A stretch of 64,000 nucleotides of DNA from Chiloscyllium plagiosum (lineage: Eukaryota), in NCBI RefSeq assembly GCF_004010195.1, contig NC_057728.1, forward strand, positions 42,785,552 to 42,849,551, written 5' to 3'. The notes beneath the pieces are model-generated. The model saw nothing but the letters and a program-made list of their open reading frames with translations, was not told where the DNA came from and searched no databases. The translations under genes were made by a program, and so were the position numbers. Shown here piece after piece: positions 50,436-62,289 of this stretch (positions are counted from its first letter, which is position 1; each line of letters begins with the position of its first letter).

Positions 50436-51576
50436 TCAAATTGAATTGAATTTATTGTCACGTGTACCGAGGCACAGTGAAAAGCTTTGTCTTGCGAGCA
50501 ATACAGGCAGATCACATAATTAAGTAGCATAGATAGTAACTAATAGGTAAACAGCTGCAAAAACAAAAACACAGGTACAGGCAAATGTTAAGAGTTTGTG
50601 AGTCCATTCAGTATTCTAACAACAGTAAGGTGGAAACTGTTTTGAAACCGGCTGGTGCATGTGTTCAGGCTTCTGTTCCTTCTCCCGGATGGTAGGGGTT
50701 GTAGAAAAACATTGCCAGAGTGGGATGGCTCTTTAAAAATGCTGGCGGCCTTTCCTTGATAGGAGGCTTGGTAGATGGATTCTGTAGATGGGAGATTGGC
50801 CTTTGTGATTGCCCGGGCTGAGATCACCACTCTCTGTAACCGTCTCAAATCTTGAATGTTACAGTTGCCATACCAGGTAGTGATACACCCAGACAGAATG
50901 CTCTCGTTGGAGCACCTATAAAAGTTGGCAAGGGTATTCGCCGTCATGCCAAATTTCCTCAGCTACCTGAGGAAGAAGAGATGTTGTTGGGCCTTTGTAA
51001 CCAGTGAGTCCACATGAAGAGTTCAAGAAAGCTTGTTGTGGATGACCACTCCTCAGAGCTTCACAGTCTCCACTCGTTCCATCTCTGTGCTATTAATGTG
51101 TAGGGGGGCATGAGTAACATCCCGCCGAAAGTCAATTATGAGTTCCTTGGTTTTGCTGATATTGAGAGCTAGATTGTTCTAGTGCACAATTTTTCTAGGT
51201 CTTCCACCTCCCATCGGTCGACTGTTTCGTCCCCATCTGAGATTCGACCGACTATGGTAGTGTCATCAGTGAACTTGTAAATGGCATTAGTCTGGTACTT
51301 GGCAACGCAGTCATGATTATACAGTGAGTACAGTAAGGGGCTGAGTACGCATCCCTGGGGAGCTCCAATGTTGAGTGTTAGTGACGATGAAATATTGTCC
51401 CCAGTCTTCACTGATTGTGGTTGTGGGTCAGGAAACTGAGGATCCAGTTGCAGAGAATGGGGCTTAGTCCGCGATCACTAAGTTTAGTAATCAGTGTCGA
51501 GGGGATAATAGTTTTGAAGGCTGAACTGTAGTCAATGAGTAGGATTCTTACGTAGCTGTTCTTGGTGTCAAGATGG
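50436..51576 (-). mobile_element. Rex1/Babar-clade LINE, 5'-truncated, inserted in the Gypsy RT
   Basis: [72 protein letters not shown]; (attca)n tail; flanked by taaa, and its removal restores Gypsy GDFKQTVN. Confidence 0.88.
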
Positions 51577-51845
51577 TAAACAAACGGTAAACCATTTTTT
51601 GCAGCTGGATAAATACCCAATCCTTTGCAAAGCTGGCAGGGGTGGTGTCCTTCAAGAAGCTGGGCATGAACCATGCATACTTGCAATCGTAGTTAGATGG
51701 GGAATCCCTGAAGTATGCTACAATTAATACGCATCAGGGTTTGTACCAATATATGTGACTTTCATTTGGGGTATCATTAGCCTGTGCAATTTTTCAGGAA
51801 AATATTTTAAAAAGTCTTCCCTCAAGTCACTATTTAATCTAGATA

Positions 51846-52048
51846 CGGAAATGTGTTGCTGGAAAAGCGCAGCAGGTCAGGCAGCATCCAGGGAACAGGA
51901 GAATCGACGTTTCGGGCATAAGCCCTTCGAAGGGCTTATGCCCAAAACGTCGATTCTCCTGTTCCCTGGATGCTGCCTGACCTGCTGCGCTTTTCCAGCA
52001 ACACATTTCCAGCTCTGATCTCCAGCATCTGCAGACCTCACTTTCTCC
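51846..52048 (+). mobile_element. Fold-back family A Penelope-derived insertion
   Basis: 14-bp TSD atttaatctagata at 51832-51845 and 52049-52062; 82-bp arms 51847-51928 and 51929-52010 with no spacer and one mismatch. Confidence 0.87.
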
Positions 52049-52512
52049 ATTTAATCTAGATAACATGCTAATAGCAAGATGACCAATAAGAGGCATTTAC
52101 ACAACTTTGACATTTCTCCCAGGTGGCTATATGCCTTAGAAGGGAAAAATGTATGTTCCAGGCACCCCTTCTGCTTTACTTGGGCTTCAGAGTTGACAAA
52201 ACCCAGTGACACCCATTGGAAGATAAAATGAAGGTGATCAAATGTGCCCCGCTCCCATGTGTGTACTGGAGCTTAGGTCTTTGCTTGAGCTGGTGAATTA
52301 TTCTGGAAAGTTCATACAAAACCTAGCTTCCATCCTGGCACCTTTGCATCAACTCTTAAAAATGGGTCAGACTTGGAAATGGTCACATAGCCAAGCGATA
52401 GCTTTCAGGGAAGTGAAGAAACAGCTGTCATCTTCTAAAGTGTTCTCACACTATGATCACATCTGGTAATGACAGGCAATACCTCCCTGTATGGCATCAC
52501 CATTGTATTACC

Positions 52513-52810
52513 CAAGAAAGACTGTAGTGTTTGAACTTTCAGCTTGAATTCTTTATTTTCTATTTAAACTTAGTCAATTCTGCAAAGTGTAACTTTTAAC
52601 CTTATTTTGTGTTTTTACACTACACTATAATTACTGCAATGTTTAACTTTTAACTTTGTTCTTTCTTTCTGCCTTGTTCCTAAGATTCTGTATCTAGGTA
52701 CTTATACCTAAGATGGTGCTTTGTGTGGTGATAATATTACACACTTTTCACTGAACTCCTATGCTTTTGGTACTTGAGTACACATGACAATAAAATCAAA
52801 AGCAAAATAA
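52513..52810 (+). mobile_element. AT-rich insertion with a Rex1-type 3' tail
   Basis: 7-bp TSD tattacc at 52506-52512 and 52811-52817; ends cttttcactg..gtacacatgacaataaaatcaaaagcaaaa; splits Gypsy RNase H coding sequence. Confidence 0.7.
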
Positions 52811-54645
52811 TATTACCTCATACATGGCCAAATGGAGAGGAAAGTTCAATTATGTATACATCCAAGACTTTGGCTAATGCAATGCATAAATATACCCAGC
52901 TACAGAAGGAAGATTTGACGATCATATTTGGAGTCAGGAAGTTCACCAATATCTTTACAAATGTAAGTTTGTAATAATAATGGACTTCAACCTCCTGCTG
53001 GTGTACTTAAAGAGAACAAAGCAGTGCAGCCTGTAACTTCAGGCTGAATTCAGTGTTGGGGTCTCAATCCTAAGTGCGTATCATTACAAGTTGGAACACT
53101 GACTGGAAGGTCAAGTAACAAATGCAGATGCAGTGAGCAGTCTCCCGCTGACAGGTACACCACCATGGCACTACCACTGAAAGAGTAATGGTTTTAAATT
53201 TTCTAGACACAGTTCCAGTCACAGCTGACCATATCAGACTTTGGATGCTGAACGATCTGGTCCTGACAAAACTGAAACACCTGCTGGTAATGGGAGAAAC
53301 CAAAGGGCCATCACAAAGAGAATTGAAATCTTTTTGGACCCAGAGAGTCTAGATCACAGTAGATGATGGCATATTACTATGGGGAGCAAGAGTGATTGTC
53401 CCGAACAAAGGTCACTGCCAGAAACTAGCTGAACTCCACCAGGGTCATCCAGAGGTTTCCAAAATGAGATATTCGCAAGAAGTTATCAGTGGTAGCCAGG
53501 ATTGGGTGCAGACATAGCCATGTAGGTGGGGCAGTGCCCAGAGTGCCAACAAGGACAAAAATTACCACCACCAACTCCTACACATTTGTGGGAATGGCTG
53601 GTAAACCATTGACTCGGTTACACATTGACAGTGCGGGGCCTTTCAAGGACAAACTGTTCTTTGAACACTCACTCAAAATGGCTGGACATGCACAAAGTTC
53701 ATTTGTCAAACACTGAGGTGACAATAGAAAAACTGGGCGCATCTTTTGCAATACACGGACTACTGGAAGTGTTGGTCAAACATAACAGGCCATCATTTAC
53801 CAGCAGGGATTTTGACTATTTACTAAAATCAAGTGGCATTCGACATGTAAAGATAGTTCAATGTCATTGGTCTGGCAGAACGAGCAGTCCAAACTTTGTC
53901 TTAAAGGAGCAGCCTACAGATTCATGAGACAACAAACTGTCCCGGTTCCTATTTGATTATAGGACCACTTATCATGCAACTACAGGGGTAGCTCCAGAAG
54001 TGTTGCTAATGGGGAGAAAACTGCACACCAAATGAAGTCTAATCTTCCCAACACTGGGAGGGAGGGTGAAATGGCATCAGGAACACCAATGCCAGACACA
54101 TGACTCTGCCAAGCAAGAGAGACTTTATTTCAGCGGACAAAGATTCGTGTGGGAACCACAGGAATGGCCCTGCATGGGTAAGAGGCATGGTCGACATGAA
54201 GTCAGGTCCTATAATGTATAAAGTGCAGGTAGGTGCGATGGTCCTGAATAAGCACATTGACTGTATGAAAGCTGCAAAGTCGCAAACAGCGCAGGAGCAA
54301 AACATGCCAGGCTCCTCAACAGCCTTTCTGACTGTCCTGGAACCGATGGGTTCTCTAGGTCTATCAAGTGTTGAAGATACCTCGAAATCTGAGATGGATA
54401 TGGTCGATGTTGCCATTTTGACACCTTTGCAGCCTGAAAAAGGGAATGAAATTCTTCTGACACGCTCCAGCTGGAAGAGGCAGGTTACTATGCTTTACAC
54501 ACCATCCATATCAGAGACAGAATTGGAGGAACCTGACCTGGTGCTAAAATGCCCCAAGAAGAGCTACAAGAAAATGTCCTCAGACTCAGAGAGGGTGTGA
54601 TGTAGAGATTATAACAAGATCAACCAGGTGAACCTCATAGAATAT

Positions 54646-54800
54646 TACTTTAATATTCAGTTCCCAGACTTGGTCAGTATACAACCACATTTCTGTAATG
54701 GCAGTTAGATAATAAACAATTGCTTCCATTAACATCTGTATGTCATTTATCTTGTTGAGCATGCTGCGTATATTCAGATTGAGTGTCCTTAATGTGTTGA
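54646..54800 (-). mobile_element. Continuation of the old CR1 (endonuclease N-terminus)
   Basis: Minus strand AITEMWLYTDQVWELNI matches the CR1 endonuclease xITETWL motif. Confidence 0.7.
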
Positions 54801-55249
54801 CTTGTTAACATGTTGACATTACATTACATTCCAAGCTTATTGATCTTTGTCCTTCTTTCCTACTTATTTCCCATTACCCTTTCACCAGTTGCTGATTAAA
54901 AACTGTCTATCTCATCCTTAAATTGCTTCAATTTCCCAGCATCCCCTGCACTTTCAGGTACTGATTACTCACAACCTTTGAGAGAAGTAAACAAAGCTGG
55001 CCTTGGTTTCCCATGCCTTTTGATTTAATTTTTTGCTTTGGTTTCTCTTTTAGCCAAATTTGATAAGTAATTTTCTCTTAACTATTTTCAGTGATCTTCC
55101 TAAGTTTCTGCAACCATTTTGTTCTTTTTGTTGCAGTTCTTCTCTATACTTAGACATCTCACATAAGTTACTTCAATTTTCTTTTTATACCTTTTAGGCT
55201 TCAGCTTTATAGTCCTATTTAGTGTTACTCTTTCGTCCAAAGTTGATGT

Positions 55250-55730
55250 GCTGATAATAAATACTCCCAACAACATTTGAGAAGCTCAACAGCACCCAGG
55301 ACAAAGTGATTGGTATGCTACTCAGAACCTTCAAACTTCAGGTCTTTTATCACCAATAGATTGTGGCAGCAGAGTGTACCATTTACACGATGCACTGCAG
55401 TAGCTAAGAGTTCTTTGACAGCAGTCTCCAAACATGGGAGCTCTTCTGCCTGAAAGGACCATGGCAGAATATGCACAGGAACACCACTACTTGCACGTTT
55501 CCTTCCAAGCCACACATCATTCTAATTTGGAACAATAACATAATTCCTTACGATCACTGGGTCAAAGTTTTGGAATGCCCTTCCCAACAGCATTGTGGAA
55601 GTCCCTACACTCCAAAGACTGTAACAGTTTCAAGATGGGAGCACAACCCTCCAACCTCTTCAGAACAATAAAGGATGGGCAATAAGTGCTGACACAGTCA
55701 ACAACACCCATATCCCATGAATAAATTTTT
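55250..55730 (+). mobile_element. CR1/L2-group LINE 3' end
   Basis: Reverse complement of the 24135 family (aagctcaacagcacccaggacaaag..ggatgggcaataa). Confidence 0.75.
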
Positions 55731-56332
55731 CAAAAAGAAACTTCAACATGCAGAGGCATAGAGCTGTACAGCAGAAAGAATACACACACACAGAGCAATA
55801 TTATGGGAAATGAGATTTGAATTCTGTTAGGGCAGAAGATTGCAAATAGCATATCAAAGGAAAAGATGTAACAAAACTGCATTTCCTGCAGTGAGTAACA
55901 TATCTATTGATTTTAATAAAATGAAAGTTATCTACTGAAAATATTCAGTTTTGTACACAGTCTGACCAAACATGAATAGTTACATTAGAATCTTTACCAT
56001 TAAGGTCCTGCTCCAAGAAAGCTCTTTAATAAATGTGCTCATTGATTCAATAGATTCCTCCATATAAGCAGCAATTTATAACATCGAGAAAAAAAAAGAA
56101 AGTGATAATCTAAGCTACTATGCCATGGCCTCAAGTCAGTTGGAATTTAATCCTTTGCCCATAACAGTTTTGGTGGCATTAACTTAGTTTCTGTCTCCAC
56201 AGGTGCTGCCAGACTTTCTGAGTTTCTCCAGCATTTTCTCTTTTTATTTCAGACTTCTCATATCCATATTTTACTTTCAAACCTAATAGATTTTGCTTTT
56301 TAATGTTAATTCTTATTTCAATTTCTTAACAG

Positions 56333-56552
56333 CTATGAATGATGGAAATATTTCTACATGGTATGATGCTTATGTGAGAAAACCAAAACCATATTTTGCT
56401 AATGAAGGCTTTCAAAATCCACCCTGCAGTGGAACAAACACATACCGACAGAATGATATTGAAGAAACATACACCATTGGAAGTGAAAAGTCATGTCAGC
56501 AAAATATAGATAAAATTTGCAACGGACCACTAAAACATGATAAACAGTACTT
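56333..56552 (+). CDS. PTPRQ: PTPRQ exon 16 in window, membrane-proximal domain
   Basis: ttcttaacag / gtaagt; 220 nt, phase 1-2; AMNDGNISTWYDAYVRKPKPYFANEGFQNPPC...KICNGPLKHDKQY; the CNGPLK motif is typical of R3-subtype receptor phosphatases. Confidence 0.94.
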
Positions 56553-56865
56553 GTAAGTAAAAGCTTAGTTCTTATTTAATTTATTTTATATGTTTATTTT
56601 GGATAAAGTTAGAAACTGTTAATAAAAGATCAGTGACCATGAAGCAGACTAGATTCTCTCATTTTTTACAAAATAATTTTCCTGTTCTTTGCTTATTTAG
56701 TTTTAGTTCAACTTCAGGTCAGTGTCACTGCTATGGCAGTGAGAATGGGAAAGAAAAGGAAAATTTGTTTTTAGATAGGATGTTCAAGTTCAATCATTGA
56801 CATTCCACTTAGGTTTAAATGTCAAATAAGCTTAAGCTCAGTAACACTAGGTGGTAATACAAAAA

Positions 56866-57630
56866 AGTCATAGAGTCACAGAGGTGTACGGCATGGAAAC
56901 AGACCCTTCAGTCCAACTTGTCCATGCCGACCAGATATCCCAACCCAATCTAGTCCCACCTGCCAGCACCCGGCCCATATCCCTCCAAACCCTTCCTATT
57001 CATATATCCATCCAGATGCCTTTTAAATGTTGCAATTATACTATCATCCACCATTTCCTCTGGCAGCTCATTCTATTCATGCACTACCCTCTGTTTGAAA
57101 AGGTTGCCCGTTCGGTATTTTTTATATCTTTCCCCTCTCACCTAAACCTCTGCCCTCTAATTCTGGATTCACCCATCCCAAGGAAAAGACCTTGTTTATT
57201 TATCCTATCCATGCCCCTCATGAATTTATAAACCTCTATAAGGTCACCCTTCAGCCTCCAATGCTCCAGGGAAAATGGCCCTAGCCTATTCAACCTCTCC
57301 CTATAGCTCAAATCCTCCAACCCTGGCAACATCCTTGTAAATCTTTTCTGAACCCTTTCAAGTTTCACAACATCCTTCCGATAGGAAGGAGACCAGAATT
57401 GCACACAATATTCCAAAAGTGGCCTCACCATTGTCCTGTGCAGCCGCAATATGATCGCCCAACTCCTGTACTCAATGCTCTGACCAATAAAGGAAAGCAG
57501 ACCAAATGCCTTCTTTACTATCCTACATACCTGTGACTACTTTCAAGAAATTATGAACTTGCACTTCAAGGTCTCTTTGTTCAGCAACACTCCCTAGGGC
57601 CTTACCATTAAGTGTATAAGTCCTGATAAG
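56866..57630 (-). mobile_element. CR1 (HER1-like) LINE 3' fragment
   Basis: VRPLLEYCVQFWSPSYRKDVVKLERVQKRFTRMLPGL..GDLIEVYK; same subfamily as 7224 and 23131. Confidence 0.92.
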
Positions 57631-58147
57631 AGCATTAGTTTATTATCATTAATTAATTTAACTAAACAAAAATGTGTTTGATAAGCTGTGTCACCATAAT
57701 GGCCTGAACATCACTATGCAATCAAAATTATTCTCAATTCTTTAACATGCCAATAGCAATAGTACTGATGAGCATGTTACTTTTTGGATATTTTCTCGCA
57801 GTTATTCCTACATTTGAGCTCTTGTTCATTATAAAGCAGTGTAGATTTACCAATTTCAAGGTAATTTGTAATAAACTCACAAAACTCTCATCACTATTTC
57901 TTCCCTTGGACATTTTCCGCTTATATAATCTTCCTCCGGTTTGGAAGGTATTAGAATAAATATTGAATAAGTTAGATTATAACCAGTGAATGGAACTAAT
58001 GCTACACAGTATTTTTCCAAGAACTGCAAGATAGTCATCCCTCTTCAGTTATGCTGACTTCCCAAAACGTTTATGTGAATGGGAATAGCTGATCTAAATA
58101 TTAACCTTAAATTCCAGTTCACTGATGATCATTGGCAGATTTATTGT

Positions 58148-58400
58148 TATTCATTCATGAGGTGTCTGCATTGCTGGCTGGACCAGCATTTATTAACCAT
58201 CCCGAATTGCCCTTGAGAAGGTAATGGTGAGCTGCCTTACTGAAATGCTGCAGTCCATTTGATGTAGATAGATGTGCAATGTTGTTAGGGAACGAGTTCC
58301 AGGATAGTAACCCAGCAACACTGAAGAAAGATTGAAATATTTCAAAGTCAGGATGGTGAGTGGCTTGGTGTGGAACTTGTTAGTGGCGGTGTTCTTCTTG
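58148..58400 (-). mobile_element. CR1/L2-group LINE 3' end
   Basis: gctggctggaccagcatttatt..ttgcccttgagaaggt, as at 24165. Confidence 0.75.
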
Positions 58401-58874
58401 ATTTATCCATCTCAGATTTGCAAAATTTGGCCAACATAATAAAAGTATAACGTTCTAAAACTCAGATCAAGATCATATTTAAGCAAAATTTAATATTTCT
58501 ATTTGGACTAAATTGCTTGGCTCAACTATTTCATCAACAATGTGCTTACATTATCTGTTCTGGAACAATTATTCATCAAAATATTCTGTAAGTGGGTCTA
58601 TTTATAAATTCTCCATGGACCATGAGATAAAAGTAGACAGTAGCACAGTTGACACAAATCACAAGGAAGTTATATACTCTTACAATTGTATCCTTTTATT
58701 ATACATGTATAGGTCAGTGCGAATCAGTGTTCATAAAAAATGATGATACTCAGGCATACTTACATCAGCCACAGACACTGAATATGAGAAAATAAGGTGT
58801 GCAAATTCATAATGAGTATAATAGGAAATAGTTTGTGGTTAACTTGATTTGTAACGTATTTGTCTTTTTTTTAG

Positions 58875-58948
58875 GTTCAAGTTCAGAGCAACAAACTTTC
58901 AAAAACAATTTACTGATTCAGATTACTCTGATCCAGTCAAGACCCTCG
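58875..58948 (+). CDS. PTPRQ: PTPRQ exon 17 in window
   Basis: ttttttag / gtaatt; 74 nt, phase 2-1; [24 protein letters not shown]. Confidence 0.93.
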
Positions 58949-61010
58949 GTAATTTATACAAAATAGAATTGAAAAATATAAGTTAATTTTGTAATTTTAT
59001 GATATAGTCTTTTATATTTGAGTTATTCATTTATGGTATTACAAGTGTTCCATATTTGTAAGGACAGATCGGAAAACTATTAACTTGAAGTTAATAAGCT
59101 TTGTCATAAGCTGCCAAAGTACTTTTGCATTTTTAAAATGGCTTTTGGGCTCCAACACTGAATTCATTAAAAGGTACAACAGAACCTCTGTTTAGAATCC
59201 ATACAGAGAAATATAGAAGTAAGAGGGCTCGTAAAACTCCCGATAATGCTTCTTTCCCAATAATTCAGAAAAATGAAGAAATGGCACGATATAATTTAAG
59301 ACAATATCTTAGTCAAAAGCAAAAGCATCGGTGTCAAATAATGTTCATATTTAGCTTTGTAGTATGAAAATCTGATAGTAAGCTCAGTGTTACTTTTAGT
59401 GAATGCAAAACATGCCAAACTTGATTAGCAACCATTTATATATCTTTCGTAGCATTCTTTTAAACTGCAAAGCTGAAGATTCTGTCCAATCTCCTCACAT
59501 TGATTACTTTTTAAAAATGTTTAACGGCTAAATTAATGTAATTTCCATAGGTTTCATTTTCCTCTGTTTACCACAACATTGCCAGTCTCATTTTCTAACA
59601 GAGTTTCATAGTTTCCATATTTTGACATCTAAGTTATTTCTGAATTCAGAGAAAAGTGATTTAAATAAAATTATGCCACTTATGTTCAGTTTAAAACTAT
59701 AGTTGATAAATATATTTGGAACGCTTTGCCAAACTGCAATTGTTTAAGTTGCTGTAAAAGCATTTGCTCTGAAACGTCCAAGAAGTTTAACCTTCACTTG
59801 CAAGAAGAAAGGCTATTCCACAGGAATTAGCATATCAACTTGCTAAATTTATTTACAGAGTAACTCTGATTTGATGTGTTTAATGAGCCTGTATAGACAA
59901 AGCTTTGTTGCTACATCCAGTCCAAAGCAACTATTTATGATGAAACAAGTGTCTTGTGTTTTCTCGTTCATACTTCATATTATTTCTGTGCTTGTTAGAT
60001 GTGTTTACTCATTGTTCTTGCTGTTCAAGAGTCCTAATTATATAAAAACCAGACAGCAGGTTTTAACAGTTAAATCACATTGTATTTGCTCTTGCTGTAA
60101 AAGTGACTAACATCAAAGACTCTAGTTGTTGTTTTTCACTGACATAAGGATACTTTCACTTTTTAAATCATGATTTCAAATGTTGCATATTGGCCACAAA
60201 TTTGGACAGGACACAAAAATAGCCATGGAGATCATGATGCAGGATTACCCTGTGCCCTTTATTCTTTCAAATGATGTGAGTTGAGGTGATGGCAAGGTCA
60301 GCATTTGTTGTCCATCCCAAAATACTTGAGAATTGTGTGGCTTGCCAGTCCATTTCGGTTAACCTCATTGCTGTTTATCTGGAGTCTGAAGCCCTTACCT
60401 TTAATCCAGTCAAAAGAAAATCTTCCAGCTCCCTGCTAATTCAAAATATTGCTGCAAACAACCAGCAATGGCACCTCAGCAATCTTATTGGAGGGCAGAT
60501 TGCTGGACTGATGTGAAATCCTGCAAGAGCTTTGAACAATGTTATCCACAGTCATGATAACAGCCAGCTACACTTGCATGACTTCATTCTGAGTTTCCAC
60601 TACAATACTTAGACATTGCATGGATTCTTACACACTGGAAAATATTGAACTCCATGTCTACACAAAGCCATATGCAAGTTTAGTATTGTACTCTTTTGTA
60701 TTCCTTGATAATACTGGTAATCTTTCTGGAAGGATTGTCAATGCACCAAGCATTTCAGTGTGGCTACCCGTCATTTTTTTTGTATGACATTTCTTGGGGT
60801 TCTTATCTAAGTCAAGTGCAGTGAAACTTGCATGCACCTTCCCATTCCTGCAAGCTGACAGCTGCATTACTCTTTACCCTTGTCCTGGCTGCAGGCCCCA
60901 ATGCCGAATGACTACCACACAATAATCCTGCCTCTGTGTAACCTAGCAGCAATAATTGAAATGAATAAGCAGCACAAAGTTTGTATGCAGCCTAAATTGG
61001 GAACTGTAGA

Positions 61011-61333
61011 TGGCACAGTGGCTCAATAGTTTCCACTGCTGCCTCATAGCGCTAGAGACCTGAGTTTGAGTCCAGCCTCAGGTGACTGTATGTGTGAAGG
61101 TTTCACATTCTCATTGTGTCTGCATGGATTTCTGCTGGATGCTGTGGTTTCCTCTCATAGTCCAAACATGTGCAGGTTAGGTGGATTGGCCATGCTAAAT
61201 TGCCCATAGTGAGCTGGCTAAGTGAAATGGCTATGGGAAATGTGGGGTCACAGGGTAAGGGTGGCTCTTTGGAGGGTTGGTGTAGACTCAAAGGGCCTAA
61301 TGGCCTCTAACTAAACTGAAGGGAGTCTATGAT
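61011..61333 (+). mobile_element. HE1-type SINE (older copy)
   Basis: tggcacagtggctcaatagtt..ctgctgcctcatagcgc..gtgcaggttaggtggattggccatgctaaattgccc. Confidence 0.82.
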
Positions 61334-61520
61334 ATAAAGTTAATCAACCATCAAAGTCCATGTGCTTATTTTTACCTGATATTGAATCTTGATTCCATAT
61401 TTATTTCACTGTGTTCAGTAGTGCTAATTCAGAATGCATTCTGCTATTCCAATTTATTACAGCTAGTTATACTTATACAGCTAGTTATACTTTTTTGACA
61501 TGCTTATATTGCCATTACAG

Positions 61521-61620
61521 CTGAAGGTCTATCAGGAAGAACAATTGAAATAATTCTTGCAGTGACTTTATGTGTGCTTTCTGTCGTTCTCCTTGTGATA
61601 GCTGCATATGTAATTGCGAG
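61521..61620 (+). CDS. PTPRQ: PTPRQ exon 18 in window, transmembrane helix
   Basis: cattacag / gtagga; 100 nt, phase 1-2; AEGLSGRTIEIILAVTLCVLSVVLLVIAAYVIAR, with a hydrophobic run of about 23 aa. Confidence 0.94.
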
Positions 61621-62289
61621 GTAGGAAGAACAAATGTTATAAATGCCTTCATTTTTAAAATGTATAAATTCAACTAGCCTGTTGTAGTGATTTTACAGCA
61701 GCCTTTTTTGAATCTTTTGTAAAGTAATCAGAGATGTTACTTAAGTATATTCTGAAGGCAAGTGGCCTTTGTGGTGCTGTCGGAGTGTCCCTAACACTGA
61801 ACTGAAAAGCCCAGGTTCAAGCACGAACTGCTCCAGAGATATAACACACCTGAATTGGTGAATATCAATGCTGGGACAAGCTTTGTCCAGTTTTATGGCA
61901 ACCTTCAATGCAAAGTTTTCAACATAGTTTATCATTTGCAACCTAATGCAGGCCCTCCTTCTTATCTCAAATTCAGTCATGGATCTGCTGGCTTCTATGG
62001 CAACTCAACCTTCAATTTTCCCTTATCTACATGGCCTATCTAACAATAGATAATTGTTACAATTTAAATTCTTAGCTACATTGCCATAGATTGAGAAACC
62101 ATCCCATCATTCCTACATCACATTCCTACAGCATCATTTATCAAGAGAGTGCTTATTAGTATGCACTTAAATGTCAATCTTAATAAATTCCCCCATTTCA
62201 AACCTCACAGCCACCCCTCAATTGTATGTATTGCTAATTGAAATACACTTATTTATTTAACACATAATCATCTGTTCGTAAATAACTTA

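Larger units (their letters stand above)
49526..54645 (+). mobile_element. Decayed Ty3/Gypsy LTR retrotransposon with nested insertions
   Basis: 5' LTR remnant ends ttatttca at 49720, followed by PBS-like tggtgac; RT/RNase H remnants (ELRSLLELVNYSGKFIQNLASILAPLHQLL, YTSKTL..YTQLQKEDLTIIFGVRKF); integrase remnants (ELHQGHP, RLHIDSAGPF, HSKWLD); purine tract then a 3' LTR start tgt at 54601 sharing caaccag..acctcataga with 49532. Confidence 0.88.

Noticed and set aside
51755..52096. Mirror ORFs (..MCCWKSAAGQAASREQENRRFGHKPFEG..) on both strands
   Set aside because: An artefact of a perfect DNA palindrome.
54100..54600. 166-aa ORF as a domesticated or env-like gene
   Set aside because: It reads as the tail of Gypsy pol after integrase; the rest of the element is full of stops and frameshifts, and nothing suggests selection.
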